Assembly: GCA_903854215.1 (NCBI GenBank) | Contig: CAINVT010000035.1 | Location: 1 to 62,908, forward strand | Reading direction: 5' to 3' | Origin: an uncultured bacterium | Lineage (GTDB): Bacteria; Patescibacteriota; Minisyncoccia; Phycocordibacterales; UBA2100 | Length of the DNA: 62,908 nucleotides | Part shown: positions 31,609 to 40,819 of the stretch, piece by piece | Layout: every line of letters begins with the position of its first letter | Position numbering within the stretch: position 1 is the stretch's first letter | Program-made: the position numbers and the translations under genes | The notes under the pieces: model-generated | Seen by the model: only the letters and a program-made list of their open reading frames with translations | Databases searched by the model: none | Told to the model about the DNA's origin: nothing

Positions 31609-32568
31609 ATGGATCCTGAACGACAAGCAGCTATTTATGGTTTTACAACTTATAAAAATTACCTGTCAGGCCTATCCCATCTGATAGATCTGCTGCATCC
31701 CAGCTATCAATCAATAACCACTTCTTTAAAAGAGATTGAAGTCCGTCCTGGCATTGATGTTAGCAAAATTCGGAAACTGTTATTTAATAGTTGGAACTCG
31801 GAAGCCCTTCTCAATCTACCAAAGTTTCTCGATGAGGACTTTATAAAATTTTCGAATCATTGGTCGCCGGTCCAAAGTTACTATGCTCAATATCTCGCGA
31901 CCAGAGCCTTAATTGTTGGGCGGGCAATGGACGCTGGAGGAACTCATGAGACAACATTAAATATTTGCGCTCACAACTTCACCGATCAAAAAATCTTCCC
32001 TGAACCTTGGAATTACATATGTGGTACGGGGCCGAGCTATAAAAATTTACCTGATGATCTAGTGGAATCAGATATCAACTCCCAGGAAAATCCCTATTTC
32101 TTTAGAAGGGAACGCGATAAATTGGTTTGTAACTATCGTCAGTTTCTTAAGACCACTAGGGAGCGGATGGTTGAAGAAAAAGCCGATGAATGGAAGTCAA
32201 GAAATCCTACCACTGCAGGCGTGCGAACACGTCTGCCGGGAGGAAAGAGGGCTGAGATTGACTCGTCGACAAGACGGGTATCTTTTCTAGATTGCTTTTA
32301 CCGATTAAGAACGCGTTCCAATTACAAAGACGTTGATATTTTTATCTTGGGTTCGAATGCTCAGGATTCTGTGAGTTACCTCAACGCTCTCTGCAACATA
32401 ACAGATAAGACTTTGTTTGTACTAGAATCTCATATAGCACGGTCAATTGGATTAGAAGATATGAAAAACTTAGTTCAACAATATAAATTGGCCACCAACA
32501 TTGATTTTGTGGCAAAGGGTACTGCGGGTATTGCAAAGAGGATTGACCTTATGTGGAAACTGAAATAG
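31609..32568 (+). CDS. Hypothetical protein, HEPN-like
   Basis: WSPVQSYYAQYLATRALI...H and LRTRSNY resemble HEPN N-terminal helix and Rx4Y variant. Confidence 0.5.
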   Translation: MDPERQAAIYGFTTYKNYLSGLSHLIDLLHPSYQSITTSLKEIEVRPGIDVSKIRKLLFNSWNSEALLNLPKFLDEDFIKFSNHWSPVQSYYAQYLATRALIVGRAMDAGGTHETTLNICAHNFTDQKIFPEPWNYICGTGPSYKNLPDDLVESDINSQENPYFFRRERDKLVCNYRQFLKTTRERMVEEKADEWKSRNPTTAGVRTRLPGGKRAEIDSSTRRVSFLDCFYRLRTRSNYKDVDIFILGSNAQDSVSYLNALCNITDKTLFVLESHIARSIGLEDMKNLVQQYKLATNIDFVAKGTAGIAKRIDLMWKLK

Positions 32569-32597
32569 TAGTGCTCCGTACACATTGAGAGGGACAT

Positions 32598-33932
32598 CTA
32601 TTTTGCATCGAGTACGATTTTCTTGTCCTTCAGGAACAGCTTGCTTTGGAGACATCCGAGCAACTCGCGCTTCTCTATAATCGTCCCTTCCCTCAGTAAG
32701 TACTTGGTGTAATTTCGTACATCCACATCGACGGATATTTTCTCCTGTTTGTGACCCAGCACTCCCGAGCGAAATTTGTTGAATCGAGCAATCTCATCCT
32801 CAATTCGAGCTCGTATCCCGATCTCATCTAGGTCGACGGTATCCATGAGCCCGATCAATTCCTCGATCAGACTTGGCTCGTTGATGGGGGAGTTCTTGCA
32901 GTCGATATTCCTCGCCTTTGTGCAGAAGTAGTACACATGCCGATTCACACCGCCATTCGCCAGCTTCTTGAACTTCTCGTCGGCCGATATGCCAGATCCG
33001 CAATGGCCGCACCGAATGAGTTTCGTGAACGCGAATTCCTTGCTCTCGGTCTTCGGAATGAAGTTCTCATTCAGTGCCATCTGCACCTTTTCGAATAGTG
33101 CCTTGTCGATAATGGGCGTGTGCTTGCCGGTATACCACTGGCCACCCCCGACAGGGTATTCAAATTCACCGTAGTAGAAGCTGTTTCTAAGAATCAAATA
33201 CACATTCGCCAGCACGAGTGGCTTCCCGCCGTGCGTCTTGAAGTCGGTCTCTCGAAGCCATCGATATAACCTGCGCCCGCTCCATTGCTCGCTCGCAACT
33301 TTCTCGAACATCTGCTTGATAACAGGTGCGCGTTTCGGATCGATCCGACACTGACACTTCTTGTCGATATGCTTCTCATTAAGGTAACCAGTGGGCGCTT
33401 GGCCCGGTCTCCACCCCATCTCGCATCGCGCCCGTAGACCACGCTTCACATTGACTGCCTTGTTGTCGTTCTCAAGTTTTGCCTGTGATCCGAGGATCAT
33501 CAGTAAGAACTTCTCACTGGGGTTATTGGTAAATCGTTGGCCATAGGTCCGAATTTCGATGAGGAGCTTCTGGTCCATGAGGTCTACTATTGATCCCAAG
33601 TCCCCGGCATTACGTGAGAGGCGATCCGGTGCCCACGTCAGGATCCCGTTGTACTTGCCCGCACGCACCTCAGCAAGCATCTCGTTATATACGGGCCGCT
33701 GACCCACTTCCTTCGACGAATGCGACTCTCGCTTGATCTCGACCACATTCAGGCCCTCGCGCTCAGCTAGGGCCAGCATCTCCTTCACCTGCGATTCTAT
33801 CGACAAAGCCTGCCGATCCTCGGCCTCAGTCGATTTTCTTGAATAAAGGCAGTATTTGGTTGTGAGCGGTTGCGCTTGGAGTGCCTGCCTCCTAATGCCC
33901 TCCAAACCCGCTCTAATCAGTGTATTTTCCAT
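32598..33932 (-). CDS. Large serine recombinase (resolvase + recombinase + zinc ribbon)
   Basis: YSRKSTE catalytic Ser, PDRLSRN, CGHCG...C...C zinc ribbon. Confidence 0.95.
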   Translation of the reverse strand: MENTLIRAGLEGIRRQALQAQPLTTKYCLYSRKSTEAEDRQALSIESQVKEMLALAEREGLNVVEIKRESHSSKEVGQRPVYNEMLAEVRAGKYNGILTWAPDRLSRNAGDLGSIVDLMDQKLLIEIRTYGQRFTNNPSEKFLLMILGSQAKLENDNKAVNVKRGLRARCEMGWRPGQAPTGYLNEKHIDKKCQCRIDPKRAPVIKQMFEKVASEQWSGRRLYRWLRETDFKTHGGKPLVLANVYLILRNSFYYGEFEYPVGGGQWYTGKHTPIIDKALFEKVQMALNENFIPKTESKEFAFTKLIRCGHCGSGISADEKFKKLANGGVNRHVYYFCTKARNIDCKNSPINEPSLIEELIGLMDTVDLDEIGIRARIEDEIARFNKFRSGVLGHKQEKISVDVDVRNYTKYLLREGTIIEKRELLGCLQSKLFLKDKKIVLDAK

Positions 33933-34063
33933 ACAGTTACAAGGGATGACAGAATGGGTACTAGGAGTCTAGGATGCTCGGAATTGGTAAGTTGGTTCTA
34001 TTTACGAAGGCAAAGTCAGGAACCGAATTTCCATAAAATGAAGATTTGTGGGATAATTTTTTT

Positions 34064-37000
34064 GTGATAAAAAACTTCAACAACAAAACCGAAAAGGCCG
34101 GTGACGAGCTCAAAAAGGACATAAGGCCCGGGAGCAGGGTCAATGTTGCTGCGGCAATTTTCTCCATATATGGCTACGAAAGCCTGAAAAATGAACTGAA
34201 GAATATTGATGGACTACGCTTTATATTCACGGACCCAACCTTCGTCGAAATGGACAAAGCAAGTCGCGAACAACGCTTATTTGAAATTCATGCCAATGAT
34301 CGCAAGAAGGCCATTAATGGCTCTGATTTTGAAATCAACCTAAAGAATGAACTGAAGGGAAGAGCGATCGCAAAGGAGTGCAGGAAGTGGATCGAAGAAA
34401 AAGTGACCATCAAAACCAACACGAGCAAACGATACATTCAGCCGCAACTTATCGTCGACAATGATACCGAAAAGATCCTCTACAACGGGATGGATGAATT
34501 CAGTAGTGCGGGATTCGGCTATGAGAGCGACAACGCAATCTTACGCAACATCATAAAGACAGATGACTATGAAATGACGAAGCAGTTTATAAAGAATTTT
34601 GATGACGTGTGGAACGACGAAGGCGCTCTCAAGGACGTCACAAAAGAAGTGACTGATTACATAGCTAATTTATACAAGGAAAATTCGCCGGAATTCATTT
34701 ACTATCTCACTTTGTACAACATTTTCGATGAGTTTCTCGAGGATATTACCGAAGACGAGCTGCCAAACGAGAGGACAGGATACCGGGATTCGCTTATCTG
34801 GAACAAAATGTATTCGTTTCAGAAAGACGCTGTGCTGGGGATCATTAATAAGCTCGAGCGATACAACGGCTGTATCCTTGCTGACAGTGTCGGGCTAGGA
34901 AAGACTTTTACTGCCCTTGGAGTAATCAAGTACTACCAAGAGAGAAACAAAAGCATCTTGGTTCTATGTCCCAAAAAACTCAGCGACAACTGGCAAACCT
35001 TTCTTGCAAATTACGAGGACAACCACCTCTATAAGGATCGTTTTAATTACGATGTGCTCTATCATACGGACCTTTCACGCGAGAAGGGGTTTTCGTCCAA
35101 CAATATAGACCTTTCGCGGGTAAACTGGGGAAATTACGATCTGGTCGTTATCGACGAGTCGCACAACTTTCGCAACAACGACCCGCACAAAGACAGAGTG
35201 ACTCGCTACCAAAGGCTACTCAACGACGTGATGCGTGCGGGCGTAAAGACAAAAGTGCTGATGCTTTCGGCGACACCAGTCAACAACAGGTTCATGGATC
35301 TTAGGAACCAGATTGCCCTTGCATACGAGGGGCATACAAACGAGATAGACGTGAAGATCGATGAGAAGAGGTCCATCGATGCCATTCTCACTAATGCCCA
35401 GAAGACGTTCAACGACTGGTCAAAGCTGTCAATTGAAGAAAGAACACCGGAGGTGCTTCTCGCACGTCTCAGTGCAAACTTTGATTTTTTCAAACTCCTC
35501 GACAGTGTGACTATCGCACGCAGCAGGAGACATATTGAGAAGTATTACGACATGAGCGAAATTGGAAAGTTTCCGAATCGCCTCAAGCCAATTACGCATC
35601 GCCCCAATATCACGAGTCTCCCTGGATTCATGGAGATGAAGGATCTGTACGAGCGCCTGGTGAGGCTAAATATGTCCGTGTATTCTCCCTTTGAGTATCT
35701 CTTGGCAGATAAACGAGATTTCTATAGCGAATTGTACGACAAAGAGATAAGTGAAAACCTTGGGCAAGTTCACCGAGAAAAAGGCATCCAGAAGCTCATG
35801 CGGGTCAACCTACTCAAGCGACTGGAAAGCTCCGTGGATTCCTTCCGTATCACACTAGGGAAGTTTGTAGCGAGTGTTGATGGGACGATACGTGCAATAG
35901 AAGAGTTTGAAAGGAATGGCGGATTAGGAGAGACCGAAGCAACTCAGATCAATGACGATGACATAGACGTCGATGACGATGAATGGGAGGAGGGTGAGTT
36001 CAGTATTGGAAACAAGGTAAAGGTCAATCTCGCTGATATGAACACCTCGGGCTGGAAAGAAGACCTGCTCGCTGACCTTCTCGTAGCAAAAGACATACTG
36101 AAAGAGATGGAACGAGTGACGCCCGAGCATGACCAAAAGCTTCAAGACCTCAAACAATTCATCAAGAATAAAATCGAGAACCCAGTAAACATAGGGAACA
36201 AGAAGGTCCTCGTCTTTACTGCGTTTGCCGATACTGCGAATTATCTCTACAAAAATCTGATTGCATACACCAAAGAAGAACTCGGACTCGAGACTGCCAA
36301 GATCACCGGTACGGGGAGCAACGAATGCACGCTCGATATCGATAAGCAGTTCAACAACCTCCTCATCCACTTCTCGCCTATCGCGAAGGAACACAGTCTC
36401 AAACATGCAGGGGAGAAGGAAATAGATGTACTTGTGGCGACCGATTGTATTTCCGAGGGACAGAATCTTCAAGACTGCGATACCCTCATCAACTACGATA
36501 TCCACTGGAATCCGGTCCGTATCATCCAGCGCTTTGGCCGCATTGATCGTATCGGGTCGAAGAATACCGATATCCAGCTCATCAACTTCTGGCCACAGCT
36601 ATCACTCGACGACTACATCAACCTCAAGAATAGAGTAGAGAGCAAGATGTTCATGGTCGATGCTACGGCGACCGGTGAGGATAACGTGCTCACCAACAAG
36701 TCCTCCGACCTCCTCTTCCGCAAGCAGCAGCTCGAGAAGCTTCAGGACGAGGTCGTCGATATCGAGGAAATGGGGTCGGGCATCTCTATCACCGATCTTG
36801 GGCTGAATGATTTCCGGATGGACTTAGTCAATTACATCAAGGAAAAAGGGAGTCTCGATGGAGTACCTAACGGCATGCACGCAGTCTGCAAGAAGAATTC
36901 AGAGCTCGGCATCGAAGAAGGGGTTATCTTCGTACTCAAGAACATCAATAACGAAGTGAATATCGACAATACCAACCAGCTCCATCCGTTTTATCTCGTA

Positions 37001-37315
37001 TATATCAAGGACAATGGCGAAGTGCTCTCCAACCATCTGAATGTAAAAAATACACTTGATATCGTCCGCTCGATATCGCGCGGGGTAAGTGAGCCGATTG
37101 CAGAGGTGTTCACTCAATTCAACAACGAGACTGATGACGGAAAGAATATGAGCAAATATTCCGAGCTTCTCGGCTCCTCAATCCAATCGATCCTCAATGT
37201 GAAGGATGCAAGTGATGTCGAGAGCCTCTTCAGCAGCGGTGGCACGACCGCACTCCGGAATACAGTAAAGGGGCTGGAGGATTTCGAACTGATCACATTT
37301 ATGGTCATTAAGTAA
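34064..37315 (+). CDS. SNF2-family helicase with degenerate PLD-like N-terminus
   Basis: LADSVGLGKT, IDESHN, LSATP, SEGQNLQ, QRFGRIDRIG. Confidence 0.9.
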   Translation: MIKNFNNKTEKAGDELKKDIRPGSRVNVAAAIFSIYGYESLKNELKNIDGLRFIFTDPTFVEMDKASREQRLFEIHANDRKKAINGSDFEINLKNELKGRAIAKECRKWIEEKVTIKTNTSKRYIQPQLIVDNDTEKILYNGMDEFSSAGFGYESDNAILRNIIKTDDYEMTKQFIKNFDDVWNDEGALKDVTKEVTDYIANLYKENSPEFIYYLTLYNIFDEFLEDITEDELPNERTGYRDSLIWNKMYSFQKDAVLGIINKLERYNGCILADSVGLGKTFTALGVIKYYQERNKSILVLCPKKLSDNWQTFLANYEDNHLYKDRFNYDVLYHTDLSREKGFSSNNIDLSRVNWGNYDLVVIDESHNFRNNDPHKDRVTRYQRLLNDVMRAGVKTKVLMLSATPVNNRFMDLRNQIALAYEGHTNEIDVKIDEKRSIDAILTNAQKTFNDWSKLSIEERTPEVLLARLSANFDFFKLLDSVTIARSRRHIEKYYDMSEIGKFPNRLKPITHRPNITSLPGFMEMKDLYERLVRLNMSVYSPFEYLLADKRDFYSELYDKEISENLGQVHREKGIQKLMRVNLLKRLESSVDSFRITLGKFVASVDGTIRAIEEFERNGGLGETEATQINDDDIDVDDDEWEEGEFSIGNKVKVNLADMNTSGWKEDLLADLLVAKDILKEMERVTPEHDQKLQDLKQFIKNKIENPVNIGNKKVLVFTAFADTANYLYKNLIAYTKEELGLETAKITGTGSNECTLDIDKQFNNLLIHFSPIAKEHSLKHAGEKEIDVLVATDCISEGQNLQDCDTLINYDIHWNPVRIIQRFGRIDRIGSKNTDIQLINFWPQLSLDDYINLKNRVESKMFMVDATATGEDNVLTNKSSDLLFRKQQLEKLQDEVVDIEEMGSGISITDLGLNDFRMDLVNYIKEKGSLDGVPNGMHAVCKKNSELGIEEGVIFVLKNINNEVNIDNTNQLHPFYLVYIKDNGEVLSNHLNVKNTLDIVRSISRGVSEPIAEVFTQFNNETDDGKNMSKYSELLGSSIQSILNVKDASDVESLFSSGGTTALRNTVKGLEDFELITFMVIK

Positions 37316-37316
37316 T

Positions 37317-37955
37317 ATGGAATTCGTTTTACCTTCACAGGCATTCGTCAATCGCTTCGTCCCCAAGAGCAAGTTCTTTGAAAAAGCGATCGTCAACACC
37401 AAGCTGAAAAAAGAATTTACCGACTCGATTCAGAAGATAACCTGGCTGTACAAATTGGCGGACGAAACAATCGGCATCAAAGGAACTTCCAACGTCGAGG
37501 AGATACAAATCTTCGAGATTCAGCTCAAGGAGCAGATGATCCCGAAAAACGTGCTTCGTGTGATCGACAAGACCATCTCGTACCCGATACTCTATGTGTT
37601 TATACATGATACCCATTTCGCTTACGGAATCACCCTCAAGGGAGATAGCAGTAAAAACTACTACTTTTCGGACTGGGATAGTGACATTTCATTCAACTTT
37701 TCAGGCATTACGCTCGAAAAGGTATATCAGGGTATAATCACACAGTTCATCGATGGCGGTGAGGGCAGAGGCTCGGACTTCGACACACTGGTGGAAACTG
37801 ACAAGAAGCGAAAGCTTCTCGAGACAGAAATATCAGCAATGAAGAACAAGATTGCTAACGAAAAGCAATTTAATCGGAAGGTTGAACTCAATAAAGCATT
37901 ACAAGATAAAAAGAAGGACCTCGAATCCATCATCAAATCACACTTACCGTTATGA
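37317..37955 (+). CDS. DUF4391-family protein
   Basis: KITWLYKL, EEIQIFEI, IDKTISYP, EKQFNRKVELN; between helicase and mod. Confidence 0.75.
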   Translation: MEFVLPSQAFVNRFVPKSKFFEKAIVNTKLKKEFTDSIQKITWLYKLADETIGIKGTSNVEEIQIFEIQLKEQMIPKNVLRVIDKTISYPILYVFIHDTHFAYGITLKGDSSKNYYFSDWDSDISFNFSGITLEKVYQGIITQFIDGGEGRGSDFDTLVETDKKRKLLETEISAMKNKIANEKQFNRKVELNKALQDKKKDLESIIKSHLPL

Positions 37956-39805
37956 AAAAGCTCGACATGCAAACACCGGACCTCACGTCAGAGAATATCG
38001 CAAAGATTGCCGAGATCTTCCCGAATGTGATCACCGAAAAGGAGGGGAAGGATGGAGCGCTGGAGAAGGCGGTGGACTTTGACCTGCTTCGTCAGGCACT
38101 CCAAGGCGAGCTGGTGGAAGGCGACGATGAACGCTACCGCCTCGACTGGCCGGGCAAACGCGCGTCCATACTTAAAGCGAACACGCCGATCCAGAAGACA
38201 CTTCGTCCGGACCGCGAGAGCAGTGTGAATTTTGACACCACTCAGAATCTTTTTATCGAAGGAGACAATTTTGAAGTACTCAAAATGTTGCAGGAGTCTT
38301 ACCTTGGAAAGATAAAGATGATTTACATTGATCCGCCGTACAACACGGGGAAGGATTTTGTATACAAGGATAATTTTGCTCAGGGGAAAGTAGCGTATGA
38401 GGAGGAGATTGGTGTGGAAGGCGATGAAGGTGGAAAACTTTTTCGTAATACCGATACTAACGGACGTTTTCATAGTGATTGGCTATCTATGATGTTTGAG
38501 CGGCTCACTATTGCTCGCGATTTGCTGAAAGATAATGGTGTAATCTTTGTCTCTATTGACGACAACGAACAAGATAATTTGAGGAAAGTGCTCGATGAGG
38601 TATTTGGTTCTCAAAATTTCATTGCCCAATTTACTTGGCGAAGAACCGATAATCAGCCAAATATCGGTAAATTCGCAAAGGTTAAAGAATATATTATTTG
38701 TTATTGCAAATTTGAGGGCGGTTTTGAATTAAATAAAATGTCCCTAACCGAAAGGGCGAAGAAGGAGTACCGGTATGAAGATGATAAGGGCAAATTTCGT
38801 AGGTCAAATCTATATGATAAAACACGGGGAAGATATATATACGAAATAAATACTCCCAGTGGTATGACGCTCTCTGGCCCGTGGATGGTTCAGGAAATAG
38901 AATTTCAAGAACTACAAAAAGCGGGTAATATATATTGGGCAACGGGCGATGAGGAAACTCCCTATGGGAAAATATACCTGCATGAAAGTGGAGGTCAAAT
39001 ACCGAATGATTTTTTGGGTATTGAATTTGGTACGAATCAAGAGGCGGGCATTGACCTAGAATTATTGTTTAATGGAAAGAGGATATTTGATTTTCCAAAA
39101 CCAATCTCGTTAATTAAACACTTTATTAACATTGGGTCAAAAAATAGTGATATTATTTTAGATTTTTTTTCAGGCTCCGCAACGACAGCGCACGCGGTGA
39201 TGTCCCTCAATGCCGAAGATGGCGGTAACCGCAAGTTCATCATGGTGCAGATTCCTGAGGAAACACCGGCAGATAGTGAGGCTCGAAAAGCGGGGTATGA
39301 AACTATTGCAGAGATTGGCAAAGAGCGCATTCACCGAGCAGGCAATAAAATTCTTGCAGATAACAAAGAGGCACTCAAAAAGCGGGAGGCGCCGCTTGAT
39401 ATTGGATTCCGTGTGCTCAAGGCAGACTCTAGCAACATGAAGGATGTGTACTATCATCCCTCCGAGCTCACGCAGGGTTCGATTCTTGGACTTACGGATA
39501 ATATCAAGGAAGATCGTACTCCAGAAGACTTGCTCACACAGGTGATTCTCGATCTTGGGCTCGAACTTTCGCTCCCGATTGAAGAGAAGAAGATCAAAGG
39601 CAATACGGTGTATTTTGTGCAAGGCAATGCGCTCGTTGCCTGCTTCGACGATTCCATAGACTTCACCATTGTGGACGAGATTGCCAAGATCGAGCCGCTG
39701 AAGGTTGTCTTCAAGGACGCGAGTTTTAAAGATGATAAGGACCGGATAAATGTCGAAACACGTTTCAAACGGCTTTCTCCGGATACGGCAATAACCGTAC
39801 TGTAA
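37952..39805 (+). CDS. mod: Type III RM adenine methyltransferase (Mod)
   Basis: IEGDN, YIDPPYNTG, HSDWLSMM, DFFSGSATTA; AT-rich central TRD. Confidence 0.95.
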   Translation: MKKLDMQTPDLTSENIAKIAEIFPNVITEKEGKDGALEKAVDFDLLRQALQGELVEGDDERYRLDWPGKRASILKANTPIQKTLRPDRESSVNFDTTQNLFIEGDNFEVLKMLQESYLGKIKMIYIDPPYNTGKDFVYKDNFAQGKVAYEEEIGVEGDEGGKLFRNTDTNGRFHSDWLSMMFERLTIARDLLKDNGVIFVSIDDNEQDNLRKVLDEVFGSQNFIAQFTWRRTDNQPNIGKFAKVKEYIICYCKFEGGFELNKMSLTERAKKEYRYEDDKGKFRRSNLYDKTRGRYIYEINTPSGMTLSGPWMVQEIEFQELQKAGNIYWATGDEETPYGKIYLHESGGQIPNDFLGIEFGTNQEAGIDLELLFNGKRIFDFPKPISLIKHFINIGSKNSDIILDFFSGSATTAHAVMSLNAEDGGNRKFIMVQIPEETPADSEARKAGYETIAEIGKERIHRAGNKILADNKEALKKREAPLDIGFRVLKADSSNMKDVYYHPSELTQGSILGLTDNIKEDRTPEDLLTQVILDLGLELSLPIEEKKIKGNTVYFVQGNALVACFDDSIDFTIVDEIAKIEPLKVVFKDASFKDDKDRINVETRFKRLSPDTAITVL

Positions 39806-40818
39806 TGTCCATGCAAGAACATACTCCGCAATCTCAAATAGTAATCTACAGGGATCGAAATGGTACGACCAAAATCGATGTGCGTTTTGATGGCGCAACG
39901 GTATGGCTTACTCAGCAGGCTCTTGCGGAGCTCTTTCAAACGACGAAGCAAAATATAAGCCAGCATATCAAAAATATCCTGGAAGAAGGCGAATTACAAC
40001 AAGATTCAGTAGTAAAGGATTTCTTGACAACTGCTTCCGATGGCAAAAAGTACCATATAAAGTATTACAATTTAGATGTAATCATTTCTGTCGGATATCG
40101 CACAAAAAGCTCGATTGCTACTGCATTTCGCCAGTGGGCGACAGCACGCCTTGGCGAATACATTGTCAAAGGTTTTGTGGTGGATAGCGAACGGTTGAAA
40201 AATCCAGATTTGCCGTTTGACTATTTTGAAGAGCTCGAACGGACGATAGCCGATATACGCACTTCTGAGAAGCGATTCTACAGAAAGATAACTGATATTT
40301 ATGCGACAAGCGTGGATTATGAGCCGACGAGCGATGCAAGCGTCTTATTTTTTAAGACTGTTCAGAATAAAGTCCACTATGCTATCACCGGGAATACTGC
40401 GGCCGAGATAATAGTTGAGCGAATTGATGAGAAAAAGGAGAAGCTTGGTCTTACGTATACCAGAGGCGCAAAACCAACGAAAGAAGAAATTGTTGTAGCC
40501 AAGAATTATTACAATCAGGAAGAGCTGTTGGCACTGAACGCACTGGTAGAACAATATCTCGTATTTGCTACTGAGCAGGCGCGCAGGAGAGTTCCGATGA
40601 CTATGAAGGATTGGATAGACAAGCTGCATGGATTCTTGACCATCAATGACAGGGATATCTTGGCCGGTGCGGGCAAGATATCGCATGAGCTTATGGTGGA
40701 AATTGCAGAGAAGAAGTTTGAGAAGTATGCGCAGATTGAGTCAAGAAAGGATGTAGAGTTCGATGAAGTTGCTCTTAAGGCGCTTGCGAGTGCGAAGGGG
40801 AAGAAAAATAAAAAATAG
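39805..40818 (+). CDS. RhuM-family protein
   Basis: VWLTQQALAELF, YNLDVIISVGYR, FRQWA, IRTSEKRFYRK. Confidence 0.88.
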   Translation: MSMQEHTPQSQIVIYRDRNGTTKIDVRFDGATVWLTQQALAELFQTTKQNISQHIKNILEEGELQQDSVVKDFLTTASDGKKYHIKYYNLDVIISVGYRTKSSIATAFRQWATARLGEYIVKGFVVDSERLKNPDLPFDYFEELERTIADIRTSEKRFYRKITDIYATSVDYEPTSDASVLFFKTVQNKVHYAITGNTAAEIIVERIDEKKEKLGLTYTRGAKPTKEEIVVAKNYYNQEELLALNALVEQYLVFATEQARRRVPMTMKDWIDKLHGFLTINDRDILAGAGKISHELMVEIAEKKFEKYAQIESRKDVEFDEVALKALASAKGKKNKK

Positions 40819-40819
40819 T

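Noticed and set aside
39163..39170. Phase-variable T8 tract in mod
   Set aside because: Short and simply encodes the conserved DFFS motif in frame
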